Source: Octopus sinensis (Eukaryota). From it: a DNA stretch of 64,000 nucleotides. Positions 12,721 to 25,800 of the stretch are shown here, piece after piece (position 1 is the first letter of the stretch; the number at the start of each line of letters is the position of its first letter). The stretch spans positions 72,416,001 through 72,480,000 of the forward strand of contig NC_042997.1 in assembly GCF_006345805.1 (NCBI RefSeq), in the 5' to 3' direction. A model generated the notes under the pieces. That model saw only the letters and a list, made by a program, of their open reading frames with translations. It was not told the origin of the DNA and did no database searches. A program made the position numbers and the translations under genes.

Positions 12721-13316
12721 GTGTCGGAGGCACATAAAAACATCATCCGAAGACCCGGCAAGACTAGTCAGGCCATAACCCGTGGCCCCTACCTGGGACG
12801 TTGTCAGTTCACCTGTGCATACCTTCCTTCCTTCTTGTGACACTTGTGAAGACCTGTTGAGGCAAGTGAAAATCAAATCAAATCAAATCAAAATAGATGA
12901 ACATCAATGGAATTTGTATCTTTGTGGTACCAGTGCCGGTGGCACACAAGAAAACCATCCGAACGTGGCCGTAGCCAGTACCGCATCGACTGGCCTCCGT
13001 GCTGTGGGCACGTAAGAAACACCATCCAATCGTGGCCGTTCGCCAGCCTCGTCTGGCACCTGTGTCGGTGGCACATAAAAACACCATCCGAGTGTGGCCG
13101 TTCGCCAGCCTCGTCTGGCACCTGTGTCGGTGGCACATAAAATCACCCACTACACTCTCGGAGTGGTTGGCATTAGGAAGGGCATCCAGCTGTAGAAACA
13201 CTGCCAGATCTGACTGGCCTGGTGCAGCCTTCGGGCTCCCCAGACCCCAGTTGAACCGTCCAACCCATGCTAGCATGGAAAGCGGACGTTAAATGATGAT
13301 GATGATGATGATGATA
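12721..13316 (+). mobile_element. 5'-truncated RTE LINE copy (last codons + 3'UTR + (GAT)n tail)
   Basis: Includes the end-of-ORF 'gaagacccggcaag' (cf. EKTRQDK of the 23360 ORF), GTGCCGGTGGCAC hairpin units, and the tail 'catgctagcatggaaagcggacgttaaatgatgatg'. Confidence 0.85.
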
Positions 13317-13654
13317 GGGATAAATTATCCAGATGGGTACCTTAAGAGCTCTCAGGTACATTCAAGGTTCTAAGGATCACTTAGGGAGAGCAATTCCACT
13401 AATATATATATATAAGTTATTCCTGCTGCTACACTTTTTATATTGTCAAGAAATATATTCCTGGTTATGTCAGGATGTTACAGGTGGTTTATGTTTTCTT
13501 AATTTTCAGATGGGGCTTTACTTTTATCATATAAAACTAAAAACCAATATAGGCACATGACAGGCTCTTAGAGAATAGTAGCACTCAAAATTATAGCTGG
13601 GTTTCTACACATACATACAATAACAACAACAAAAAGCCAAAATAGTCAACAAAA

Positions 13655-14460
13655 GCTCAGCTTGGGTCAAACAGACGAACCCAGAAGGTTCTTTTGGTGT
13701 GGTAAGAGGAGCATTTGGCAGCACAGATGTCTGTGACCTACATGATTATTTATATTAGACATTAAGTAAGAAATTCCAGTCAATGTGCTTTGTCCTATAT
13801 AGGGAAGATGCTTTAACCATCTTTAGATGCACAAATTGGCACACCCTGGATAGGCTTAGGAAAGACCTAACTCACACTCCTAAGGATTTCAGATTACCAT
13901 GGTGACCAACCTTAGCATAGTAAATTTCTTTGATTTGGACACTAGTTCAAACAGACTTAACCACAAATCTACTGAAAGGCTATCATACATCACAGCCTCA
14001 TTTAAAAAGCTTGTAAAGGGTATCAGAAGAGGATTTTGAACCTATCCTGTAATAAAGATGCTTTTGATGTAGCAACCCCTAAGTACAATGAGGCTCTAGC
14101 AGCCTGCAGGTTTAAGGTTCATATTATCCATATGCTTGGCATTAACACCCACAAAAGAAAACACCACTATAAAAAGTTTTTTCCCACTGTTTCCACTCAA
14201 TGGGAAGTGCCTTCCTTAGATCAATGGATAAGCATTTACATAGTCCCATATGTATAGGAAATTATTCAATAGACATAATTTGAGGGTCTCTTTCAGCTAT
14301 AAACCTAGAGTCAAAAAATATTAACAAACACCCCAAACCCTTGCACAGACACGTTGCTCATGTAGGGTTAGCAATAAGTGTCCAGCCAATAGTTGATGCA
14401 ACACTGAGGCTGTGGTCTAGAAAGCAGAAGCGGTGTTCTCCAGCAATGGAGTAGCACAAA
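13655..14460 (+). mobile_element. Degenerate Penelope-like element (PLE) reverse transcriptase remnant
   Basis: Manual translation gives 'AWVKQ...SFGVVRGAFGSTDVCDL', 'LYREDAL...DRLRKDL', 'TNLSIVNFFD', 'LSCNKDAFDVATPKYNEAL' and 'CSCRVSNKCPANS*CNTEAVV', matching PLE RT and the Cys-rich linker. Confidence 0.75.
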
Positions 14461-14763
14461 CACAGAAACCACTGGACAATGGAAGGCTAAATAATCAAAT
14501 GTCCTCTTAGAATCTAAGAGAGACACAATGTTACATTAGTCAGCTATATGTGGTGATTAAAAGAGGAGGGAACACTACAAAATCAACTGAAAACTACTGG
14601 AACCTCCTGGGTCATATCTGAAGGAAAGTAGACATTTCAAATTTTACTTTGGTTTGGTATGAGATTTATCTTGAATTGAATTGCATGTTATCTCAAACGT
14701 GTAGAAGTGTAGTTATCTTATAGGGCTGGTAATATGCAATAAATTTTCAGAAAACTTGGGCAA

Positions 14764-15170
14764 GGTGCAGGCATGGCTGCGTGGTAAGAAGTTTGCTTCC
14801 CAACCACATGGTCCATGTTCAGTCACACTGCATGGCATTATGGGCAAGTGTCTTCTACTGTAGCCCCAGGCTGACTATAACCTTGTAAATGGATTTGGCA
14901 GACAGAAACTGAAAGAAGCCTGTTGCATACATATATGTATGTGTCTTTGTATCAGTGTTTGTTTCCTACCACTGCTCAACAACCGGTGTTGGTGTGTTTA
15001 TGTCTCTGTAACTTAGTGGTTCAGCAATAGTGATCTATAGAATAAGTACCAGACTTAAAAAAGATAAGTTCTGGGGTTGATCCATCCAACTAAAAATTCT
15101 TCAAGGTGATACCTCAGTATGGCCACAGTCTAATGACTGAAACAAGTAAAAAATAGAAGATAAAAGATAA
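14764..15170 (+). mobile_element. tRNA-derived SINE, full length, older copy
   Basis: Collinear with 11780-12157. Confidence 0.8.
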
Positions 15171-15393
15171 GTACTTTATCACACTAAATACTGTTTTCTT
15201 GTTTGTTACAGTTTTCATATCTCTGCTGAGGAGAGCACCCACTTTGGTGGTTGGACAAAACATATGGTGAAGAAAAATTCAACCAAAGTTTCACTTATAT
15301 TAAGTTAACCATCACTGAGCTTTATGTTTATTTTCAAGTTACTCTCAAACTTTCTGCTAGCTGTCTTGGTCAGTCTGTTTTTTACCTTACAAT

Positions 15394-16146
15394 ATGCCAT
15401 GCGTGAGAAGATCCGGCAAGCCGAATGAGACCATAATCTTGTGGCCTATGCCAGGGAAATTACCAGCCCACTTATGCATACCTTTTCCTTCTTTGGGCAC
15501 TAAAACTCTGCTTGCGAAGACCTGTTGAGGCAAGTGAAATCAAAAATCAAAATCAAAATCGATGACTGGCATCCGTGCTAGCAGGGTGCAAAGAACACCA
15601 TACGAGTGTGATTATTGACAGAGCGGCTAACTGGCTTCTGTGCCAGTGGCACTTAAAAGGCACCATTCGAGCATGATCGTTACCAGCGTCGCCTTACTGG
15701 CACTCGAGCTCCATGCTAGTAGGGTATTAAGAGCACCATCCAAGTGTGATCGTTGCCAGAGCAGCTATCAGGCCCCTGTGCCGGTGGCACGTAAAAGACA
15801 CCATTCGAGCATGATAATCTCGAAAGAACACTTTAATCTTGCCAAGCTCGTGAAAGTCTTTTTAGTGTTGATGTGGCACGTAAAAGACACCTTACTGGCA
15901 CCTGTGCCGGTGGCATGTGTAAAAGATTTGAGCGAGGTCATTGCCAGTATTGCCTGACTGGCACGTAAAAGCACCCACTACACTCTCGGAGTGGTTGGCA
16001 TTAGGAAGGGCATCCAGCTGTAGAAACTCTGCCAGATCAAGATTGAAGCCTGGTGCAGCCATCTGGTTCACTAGCCCTCAGTCATTCGTCCAACCCATGC
16101 TAGCATGGAAAGCGGATGTTAAACGACGACGACGATGATGATGATA
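15394..16146 (+). mobile_element. 5'-truncated RTE LINE copy
   Basis: Begins 'caatatgccatgcgtgagaagatccggcaag' (YAxREKxRQ), followed by the same 3'UTR and (GAC/GAT)n tail. Confidence 0.85.
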
Positions 16147-17575
16147 AATATATATTCAACAATGACACCTTTTCTTATAAGTCAGTCAAAAGAGGTGGGC
16201 TATGTCCATGACTTTTGTAGGCCTTTCTAAACTGGTGAGACTGATGTGGATGATGTTCAGTTTGAATATCTAAAGATCAATGGGTTGTGGAATTCCACAG
16301 GAGTATTCTGTTAGAAAGAGAAGGGAAATATGTTAAATGCAGGATCTGGGAGTTTAGACACAGTAGCAGTGATGGAGGGCAGAAGGGAAAATTAGAGACA
16401 GTCAATTTACTCAACTCACAGATGAAATAGGAGTTAATTAATTTTATTGAACTAGTTACTAAACGTGGTGATAGTCTGAGAATCAGTGGCATGAGTTTAA
16501 CATTAGAGCCAGGAAAGAGAAAAACAGTGACAATTTTCTTGTTTCTGACTTTTATCTTTCATAAATAAGGAGAGAACTTGTATTATCTAATAATCCATTT
16601 ATGAACTTGATGTATCAAATAATTCATTGTGGTAATTAAAATGAGACTGTATCAAGTATACATTTTACAGGTGATATAAATGCTTCGTTATTATCATATT
16701 TCAAGATGGTGTCCCAGCATGGCTGCAATCTAATGACTGAAACAAGTAAAATGATAAGAAAGATAGATAATAGTTAGCTTCTTGCCAACATTAATACAGT
16801 AATGGGATTTATGAAAAAGATCCCATAAGATTGAAAACAGATTATATTTTGTGTTTGGTGTGGAGACTTGCATGAATTTTATAAAAGAATTATTACATTT
16901 GTTGTTGTTATTGTTTAGTCTCTGGTCAACACTGAGCATGCCGATAATCAAAAGCATTTTGGTTTTGACCGTTCTTACTTTTTTCCCCAACAGTGTATCT
17001 AGAGCTCCATTATCCAAAGTGATTTGGGGTTGACTTTACTGCTACTTCTAGCAGGCTGAGTGACTGTGAAGAAGCTCTTTGTTGGCTTGTACATGTCTTA
17101 CCTTATGCTGGGCAAGTCTATGCATTTCACTCATATAGTATGACTGCTGAGTCACTAGTTTTAGGTAACTTGTTAGTGTTGAAATATCATCGAAACTCTA
17201 ATGCTTTAGCAAATTTTTGTTTGACAGTCCAAATTATATGATTTCATTAGGTGTCCACCTTAAAGGTGAGAGTTTTGTATATTGTACCATTCAGCTAAAA
17301 GTTTTCTTGCGGATGCCCATGATTGTTCAAACTGACTGGTTTCATGCTAGCAGAAACCGAATATAATTCTGCCTTGAAACCATGGTCTTACACTAAAATA
17401 TACAATTTCGTAATAAAGTCATCTTAAATTGCTCACTTTTTATTTCCCTGCTGAACGCATGAATTAACTTTGGTTGTACATTGACTCATAAAGCAATCAT
17501 TTTAAGTCAGTATACAATTCTTTCTTTACCATCGGTTCAAATAAGAGTTACACATTATGTATTTCTGTCCTTTAA

Positions 17576-17794
17576 CCCTTTAGGGTTTAAACCGGCTATA
17601 TCTGGCCAAAATATTCTACCTATTTATGTTCAAACTAGTCAGATATGGTCATTCATAGCTACCTTATTGTGTCATTTTAAAAATAAACAATCACATCATT
17701 GAAATCTCAAAGCCATGAAATGATGCAAGATTAAGTTTAAATGGTGTGAATAAATAAGCTTTACGTTTTACAGAATAATCTGAATGCTAAAGGG
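17576..17794. mobile_element. piggyBac-type MITE
   Basis: TTAA|CCCTTTAG ... CTAAAGGG|TTAA (TSDs at 17572-17575 and 17795-17798). Confidence 0.75.
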
Positions 17795-18558
17795 TTAAAG
17801 GCACTTTGAAACTAATTCAACAATACCTTCAACATTCTTTTTGACAACCGAATTAGTTGGGAAGAGAAATGTTTAAAAACAATACTAAATAACGTTAAAG
17901 TTTTTTTACTCAGTAGACGCTGTTAATGCCTATCAAAATAAAAAGTAACAATTTCTTTTTAATTCTTTTATAAATCTTTAACGCAGTGTCTTTATATATT
18001 AGACTATATGTAAATTCAAGTGTCTTCTATAATTCCATTCACATCTAAGAAACATCATAAAATTATAAATCTATTCCAATGTTTAATAAATACTGAGTTT
18101 TTTTTTGGGGGGGGGGGTTGCCTTAGAAAGATGGAAAGTAAAGCTGACTTCAGTTGGTTTTGAACGCTGACTTTATAGTTTATGTTTTTATGACTCGGCC
18201 AATCCATAATTTCTGTTATCAAACATACAAATTTTTAAAGGAAAAATTATATTTTGAAACGGGTATTTGCATAAAGAAACTCACAATAATTAAACAAACG
18301 ATTTGTTAATATATGACAGCTAAATTGGGGTAATTAATTCAGTGAAATACAACATAGTAGATTTATTTGAAAAGGAAGTAAGGAATGATTATTTCCCTTG
18401 AGTACTCTGGGGTAATTGTACGAAGCAACCCGTTGAGAAATCTGTTGGATTCTTTCGAACAATAATTATCCCAGTTAAGCCAACAATATCCTTGAATACA
18501 GAAAATATTTACATTACATCACTAAATAAATAAGCTAAGTTTATTATTTATCAGAAAA

Positions 18559-18969
18559 ATGGATGAAATCGGAGAACACGAACAAATGGATATCATTCGA
18601 TACGTTCCAGAACATCAATGGATAAAGGATGTTTTTCAAGACGTAATTGGAATGTCTGCCACTAAACAGAGTCTCGTTGGAGGAGTTTCAGGCTGGTGTA
18701 CGGGAATGCTGATTTCAAAAGCGGGCAAAATTGCTGCAGCAACTATGGGGACTACAATCTTGCTTTTACAAGTTGCTCATCACCAGGATTATGTAAAATT
18801 CAACTGGAATAAAATTGAAGACAGCATTCAGAAGGCTGGTCGATCTATTATGAAAGAAACCAAGAAAACTTGCCCTAGCTTTGTATCGACAACCGAAGCC
18901 CTTTTCAAAAATAATATTGTATTTGCGTCGATGTTTGCTGGTGGTTTTCTAATGGGCTTTTCGTTTTGA
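18559..18969 (+). CDS. FUNDC1: FUN14-domain mitochondrial outer membrane protein (FUNDC1/2-like), single-exon CDS, 136 aa
   Basis: Intact ORF with FUN14 hallmarks 'KQSLVGGVSGWCTGMLISKAGKIAAATMG...LLQVAHHQDYVKFNWNKIE' and C-terminal 'KNNIVFASMFAGGFLMGFS', collinear with vertebrate FUNDC1 as recalled. A splice-acceptor-like 'tttatcag' lies 4 nt upstream of the ATG. Confidence 0.9.
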   Translation: MDEIGEHEQMDIIRYVPEHQWIKDVFQDVIGMSATKQSLVGGVSGWCTGMLISKAGKIAAATMGTTILLLQVAHHQDYVKFNWNKIEDSIQKAGRSIMKETKKTCPSFVSTTEALFKNNIVFASMFAGGFLMGFSF

Positions 18970-21919
18970 TTTGAACTAAACTTCTTTCTTCGTGTTCGTA
19001 AATAATGTTCTCTGCATCTGATGCACGCATCCTTTTTTCTTTTATGATGCATAACAATTCATACACATACAAATATATTTACATGCGTTTACCATATAAA
19101 TACATTGAACAGTCACAACATTATGCGTATATTTTATTTATTGAATCGATAAATTAGAAGTAAATGTGTTACATGTAATCATTGTCATACCGTGTTTAAT
19201 ATGTTAGCTGTTATTGTATATAATTAGTTTTTGTAAACGACTAACATCCCCATCCCCCAGGACTCAGAAATGTTAAGTCCATGGTGCTTAAGAATGAAAT
19301 CAACATTAATTTAAATATTTTTCTTTTTGTATTAAACTTTTCATGAAACTAAAAATGTAGCAACTTTTCATTGGGGCTTTTCTATCTGGATCTTTATTTT
19401 ATTTAAAAAAAAAAAACAGTATCGTGTGTTTTGTGAGTTATTACGTCATTGACATTTAAAAACATTGAAAGTTTTTATTACTATAAATGCGTTTGTATAG
19501 TGTAAATATTGGTTTGTGTAGTGCATGAAGATTTCGGTAGCAGTTTAGAGTAATGGGATGAAGGTCATATTAAGTAAGCATACAAAGGGCCGAAACTTGT
19601 TGAAAAAATGAGAGCATAGTTATGTTTCTGTATTTATAAGATCCTCAGAACGACATTTCGTACTGTAGATTAACAACAAAACTTGAGAAATTATGGAATG
19701 GAAACGGGATGGATTGGTGAATCGATCGAGAGTCAGTTGCTTTTTCAAGCTTTTGTCAACAGCGTTTTTTCTTTTTCATTTTTTATTTTTCCGCTCCCCT
19801 ATCTCATTGCAAAAGAGAAAAAGCCACTGCAGAAACACTGCTTTAACTAAAAGGTACTCTCATGTAACTTACGTCCAACTCGTCCTTCAGTCCCTGCAGT
19901 ATCGTGCTTAATACATTCATCATAGAATTTATTCTGTGCCGGGAAAGAAACTTTTTGCTAGCTAAATTTCATCTTTCTCTGTCTACTATTGTTTAATTGC
20001 AATCACTTTCTGCATAAAGGGTTTGTCTACTGGCTAAAAGGACTGAACTTCACATACAAGATGATTGACCCATGACAATTGTTCAATAAACATTGAAACA
20101 ATTTTATAATTATTCAGACTGATGGTAACTTAGAAACCCCTGACTACAATTATTTTTTGTATTGTATACCTTTGTACAATAATAGATGTTCACATATATT
20201 CTGCCTTTAGATTTTAAAGAAGTCCAAACTCCTGGTGGTACCACTTGGTCAGGAATAAGATACACATTTACAACCAAAATATCAGAAGTTCACATCATTA
20301 GATATGTCTTGTTTTCTTAATAAAGGCATTTTATTTTATGCAGTCCACTTCACATAGTTACTGTTTGGTTGTTGTGAAGAACATGATCATTGTATACTTG
20401 ATTTTTGATCTTATTAACTTGCCATGAATAAAGCAGGAAGAGGAAGGAATTCTGCCAGGCTGACAAATATATATTTTAAAGACAAAAGTTACCCATAGTG
20501 GTATAATCACCCAGTGTAGGTCATGTGGTACATGATATCCTATAAACAACATATACCTATCTTGTTTAAATCATACGCTATAAATTTCGGTGCAAGACCA
20601 GCAATTTCAGGGAAGGGGTTAAGTTGATTAAGTTAACTATTTTAATGACCATGAAAGGCAAAGTCAACCTTGGAATTTGAAGTCAGAATGTATAGTTGGA
20701 TTGGATGAAATGCTGCATGCATTTCACCCAACATGCTAACAATTCTGCCAGCTTGCTACTTAAAACTGGAAATGCAAAATAGAAATTTTGTTACAATCAA
20801 GTATGTATGTTTTCAGTTGCAGAAAAGCTTTTTTTTTTTTTTTTTTTTTTTGGCAGTGATACTCAGTTATTCAAACTATCACCCACATCTAGAGGTTTAT
20901 GAAGCAAAGTGCTTTAATTATTCCTTTTCTTAAGCTAGGCAGGCATATTATTAATGGTGGATGACCTCTCTTGGACTTGCTTGTCACACAGAAAGTCATT
21001 CTGTTGGTTATATGGTGTCTTGCATGGACCATTGGTACCAAATGTATCCAGTTGTATTTCTTATCTGTTAGATTTGTCATAGATCAATACAACATTAATA
21101 ATGCTTTCGCCTTTCTTCACAACAAAGAATTTCTCTCTTGGCGAAAGGTAGTCTGTATGAAGTCATCATAATTTTGCCTATTTTTATGCTGGCGTGGTTT
21201 CGATACATCACAGCCAGTTCTTATTCCAAGTTCCTACCTTCCTTGACTGGTAGGAGGACCACATGTTTGCTCATACATTTTAATTTTTGGCATAGTTTCT
21301 ATGGTTATAGGCTCTTCCTGAATCAACCACTTTACAGGGTGTACTTGATGCAGTTTATTGTGACATCAACACTAAAAAGACTTTCACGAGCTTGGCAAGA
21401 TTAAAGTGTTGTTTCGAGATTATCACTATTTCATAAAAATAATCCTGACTAAGAGGGTAAATAGAAGAAAGAATGATGATCATAGGTGATGTTTGAAAAA
21501 GATTCTGACAATGGAAGATAACTGTGAAAAGAAATAGATCAAATTTCTTGATAGTGTGTCTTAAAGACAAGAAGACAAAAGGTTAGGTACAATAATATAT
21601 AGTTTCTTAATACTTGTTCTAATCCTTTATCATCTTGTATGTGATGGTAATGTTGTTATGCATACATTCTGGACTGCATGTATACAAAAGATCATCTGGT
21701 TCACAATAATTTACTCACTCCACTCTACTGTTGTTAGTACACAGAGATGTAGATTCTTCTCTATCTCTTCTAATACCATGACAATGGTTCAGTTATATGC
21801 TAGCCAGCTGTGTATCATCTCTAACTAAACCACTCCCCATCTTTCTCTCATCAAATTTTTTTTTACCATATATCAATATTACCTCGTATTTCCATTTATT
21901 ACCTAATACTAAGGCAGTG

Positions 21920-22180
21920 AGCAGGCAGAATCATTTGTATGTCAGACAAAATGCTTAGCAACATTTTGGCCATCATTATGTTTTGAGTTCAAATTCCACC
22001 AAGAGTCCTCAGTCAAACCGTCCAACCCATGGAAAGCGGACGTTAAATGATGATGATGACGATGTTGACTTTGCCTTTTATCCTTTTGGAGTCAACAGTT
22101 GGGCACTGGGGGTGATGTAATTGGCTCACACACTGAACTCCCCTGAACTTGCAGGCCTTGTGCCAAAATTGGAAACCAAT
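21920..22180 (+). mobile_element. tRNA-derived SINE interrupted by a ~55-bp RTE tail fragment (22015-22065)
   Basis: SINE head 'gcagtgagcaggcagaatc...gagttcaaattccacc', then 'ccaacccatggaaagcggacgttaaatgatgatg', then the SINE resumes at 'gactttgcc'. Confidence 0.65.
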
Positions 22181-22836
22181 ATTACCTAATACTAGGTGAT
22201 ATTGATATATTTTCCATATATCAATATTTCCTAGTATCTTTATGTTAATATACTATTGTATCATGTTAATGCCTCTCATATTAACACATCATACGTAATT
22301 TCTCACTATTACACATATGCACAAACACATTCACTCACCTCTCACGCAATTCCCTACATTGATACATGTATTAGAAATTCTTCCACAATTCTGTCTCTGT
22401 ATTTCTAACAACAGTTCATTTTTCTCTTGTTTGTTCAAAACCACTAATTCTGCTTCTTGTCCAGTACTGTTGGCATGTTTTTTTTTCTATTAATTGCATC
22501 TTTTCCCTTTTTCTCTCTTTTCATCTATTATGACAAAAAACAACCACTTAAAATATCTTCATATTCTTTACATCATAATACAATGACCATGTACATTTGT
22601 TCATTGTTTCTTGTACTTTCTTTTTATTATGGTATTTGCTGCATGCTGAACAAAATCAGGTTTACCAATTCTGGATTTCTTCGTCATAGTTACTGCTTCA
22701 TCACTAAAAGACACTACACTAAACATTTAAATCAATATTTCATATTGGAATATCAACCATCTGAAATGCATTTGCTGCTTGCATCTATTCCACAAGCAAA
22801 AACCTAGCCTGTAGCATTTCCAGGTTGTTTGATATT

Positions 22837-25800
22837 CATCATCATCATCATCATCGTTTAACGTCCGTTCTCCATGCTAGCATGGGTTGGACAGTTCGAC
22901 CGGGGATCTGGGAAGCTAGAAGGCTTCGCCAGGCTCCAGTCTTATCTGGCAATGTTTCTACAGCTGGATGCCCTTCCTAACGCCAACCACTCCGTGAGTG
23001 TAGTGGGTGCTTTTTACGTGCCACCTGCACAGGTGCCAGGCGAGGCTGGCATCGGCCACGGTTGGATTGGTGCATTTTACGTGCCACCGGCACGGAAGCC
23101 AGTCGAGGCGGCGCTGGCATCGGCCACGATTCGGATAGTGCTTTTTACGTACCACCAGTCCTGGCATCTGCCGCGTGCCAGTCATAGGATTGGTTCAATT
23201 TCGATTCCGATTTCGATTTCACTTGCCCCAACAGGTCTTCGCAAGCAAAGGGGGTTGGCATGGGTGTCTGTCGTCGGATGAGGTTCGATATCGACTTCGC
23301 TTGCCATAACAGGTCTTTGTGTGTCCAAGGGAGGAAAGGCATGCATAAGTGGGCTGAACTTACTTGTCCTGCCTGGTCTTCTCACGTACAGCATATTTCC
23401 AAAGGTCTCGGTCGCTGGTCATTTCCTCAGTGAGGCCTAAAGTTCGAAGGTCGTGCTTCACCACCTCGTCCCAGGTTCGGGTTCCCTCAACTGCTAGGGA
23501 TTGGCACTTTTTCACACACCTATCTTCATCCATTCTCGCCACATGACCATACCAGTGCAATCGTCTCTCTTGCACACCACAACTGATGCTTCTTAGGTCC
23601 ACCATTTCTCTCAAGGTACTAACGCTCTGTCGAGTATGCACACTGACATTACACATCCATCGGAGCATACTGGCTTCATTCCTTGCGAGCTTACACATGT
23701 CCTCAGCAGTCACGGCCCATGTTTCACTGCCATGTAGCATGGCTGTTCGTACACATGCATCATACAGTCTGCCTTTTACTCTGAGCGAGAGGCCTTCAGT
23801 CACCAGCAGAGGTAAGAGCTCCCTAAACTTTGCCCAGGCTATTCTTACTCTAGCAGTTACACTTTCAACGCATCCACCCCCACTACTGACTTGGTCACCT
23901 AGATAACGGAAGCTATCAACTACTTCTAGTTTTTCCCCCTGGAAAGTGACGGAAGTTGTTTTCTGCAAATTTTCAGAGTTTAATGCTCCCGATCATCTGC
24001 TGCATACAAAAACTATCTTCCCAGTTAGCCTTCCTTTGACATTGCTGCACCTCTTATGTGTCCATAGCTTACACTGGGTACATCTTATAGAGTTTCTACC
24101 TACACCTTCTCTACAGATCGAGCAGGGCCATCTTCCTGAAGACATTTGTGGATTGTCTACCTTCCTATTTATTAGTACTTTGGTTTTAGCTAGGTTGACT
24201 CTAAGGCCCCTCGATTCTAAACCCTTCTTCCACACCTGGAACTTCTCCTCCAGTTCTGATAGTGACTCAGCAATTAGAGCAAGGTCGTCAGCATAGAGGA
24301 GCTCCCAGGGGCAACCTGTCTTGAATTCCTCCGTAATTGCCTGGAGGACTATGATAAATAGGAGGGGGCTGAGTACTGAACCCTGGTGGACCCCAACCTC
24401 TACTTTGAATTCTTCTGTGTACATGTTGCCAACCCTAACCTTACGGCATCCCTGCGGACACATTTCTCTCCTACCACATCACGATTCTCTCTCACACACT
24501 GTCTTGCAACATGAAATACCTCAAGTCTTTCATCCTCATGGCGCAGAACATTGGCAAATTTTTTCTTATCCGCTTCCCCTCTGGCTAAATAAACCTGTCT
24601 CCTAGCTTCCCTTCTGGCTGTCTGATACAATTCCCTGCTACCACCGTTCTTCCAGACCCTCCAAGCCTGTTTCTTTTGTCTAATAGCCCTGTCAACCACA
24701 TTGTTCCACCACCACGTTACTCTGGGTCGAGATGGGACTTTGCTCCATCCACAGATCTGGTCAGTGGCTGTCAGCAGATTGTCCCGTAGAAATCTCCAGT
24801 TGTCTTCCACATTAAGTGAAGCTATATCCCCTTCTATTTTGTCAAAGGCTTCGAGTAGTATGTCTCTAAATCTCTGACCATTTTCAGGATCTTTAAGCTT
24901 CCAGACCCTTCTCCTCCAAGCTGGTCTTCTGGGCAACCATTTAGCTCTGATCCTGAAGTCGCTAACTACTAATCTATGTTGAGGAGTACATTCTTCGCCT
25001 GGAAAGGTTTTGGCATTTATAAGCAGCCCTCTTTTCCTCTTTCTGGCGAGGATGTAGTCGATCTGGCTAGTGTGTCTGCCAGAACAGTAGGTGACTAGGT
25101 GAGAGGTGGGTTTCCTGAAGTTGGTATTGCAAACCATAAGGTCATTTGCATCGCAGAACTCCAGCAGCCTGGTTCCCTCCCCATTTCGAGAGCCAAAACC
25201 GTAGCCTCCATGAACGCCATGGAAGCCCCCGACATGCTGTCCAACATGTCCATTGAAATCACCTGCCACAAAGAGAAGGTCACTGTCGTTTGTCAATGAG
25301 GTAGTCCGCAATAGGGTGTCGTAGAATTGGTCTTTCTGTCCTTCCGGTAGCCCTGGTTGAGGGGCATATGCCGAGATGATGGTAGCTGACCTATGGTGAA
25401 GCACTAATCTAATCTTAAGTACTCTATCACTTACTCTGACTACCTCGATTACCTTATCTACCCATTTCTCCGCAAGAAGTATACCCACGCCCCTGACCCC
25501 GTCAGTGTTCCCAGAAAATCTTGTACCTATGTTCCTTGCCTGTGAGGAGCCTAGCGGAACCTCCTCTCCACCTTACTTCCTGGATGCAGCATAAATCCAC
25601 ACGTCCCTGTTCAAGCGGCTCAACAATCTCTCCAGACCTACCTTTCAATGTGCCAACATTGAGTGTGCCAACTCTGAGGGTGTGGGAGGTGTGGGCCTCT
25701 GAGACCCTGGGATGAGGGACAGCCGTGTCATGTACCTGAAAAGAAAGCTTGCATTTGGCAGATTTCATACTGAAACACTGCATACATTTCACAGTTTTTG

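Noticed and set aside
16150-16500. Decayed LINE C-terminus (minus strand)
   Set aside because: Peptide similarity was too weak to assign.
19331-19416. Proven retrocopy poly(A) tail and TSD for FUNDC
   Set aside because: The A12 run is about 70 nt from ATTAAA and no TSD was found; suggestive only.
20358-21404. Exon-like or ORF-like segments (20358-20552, 21138-21404)
   Set aside because: Splice phases are inconsistent or imply a 33-nt intron, and no protein family was recognised.
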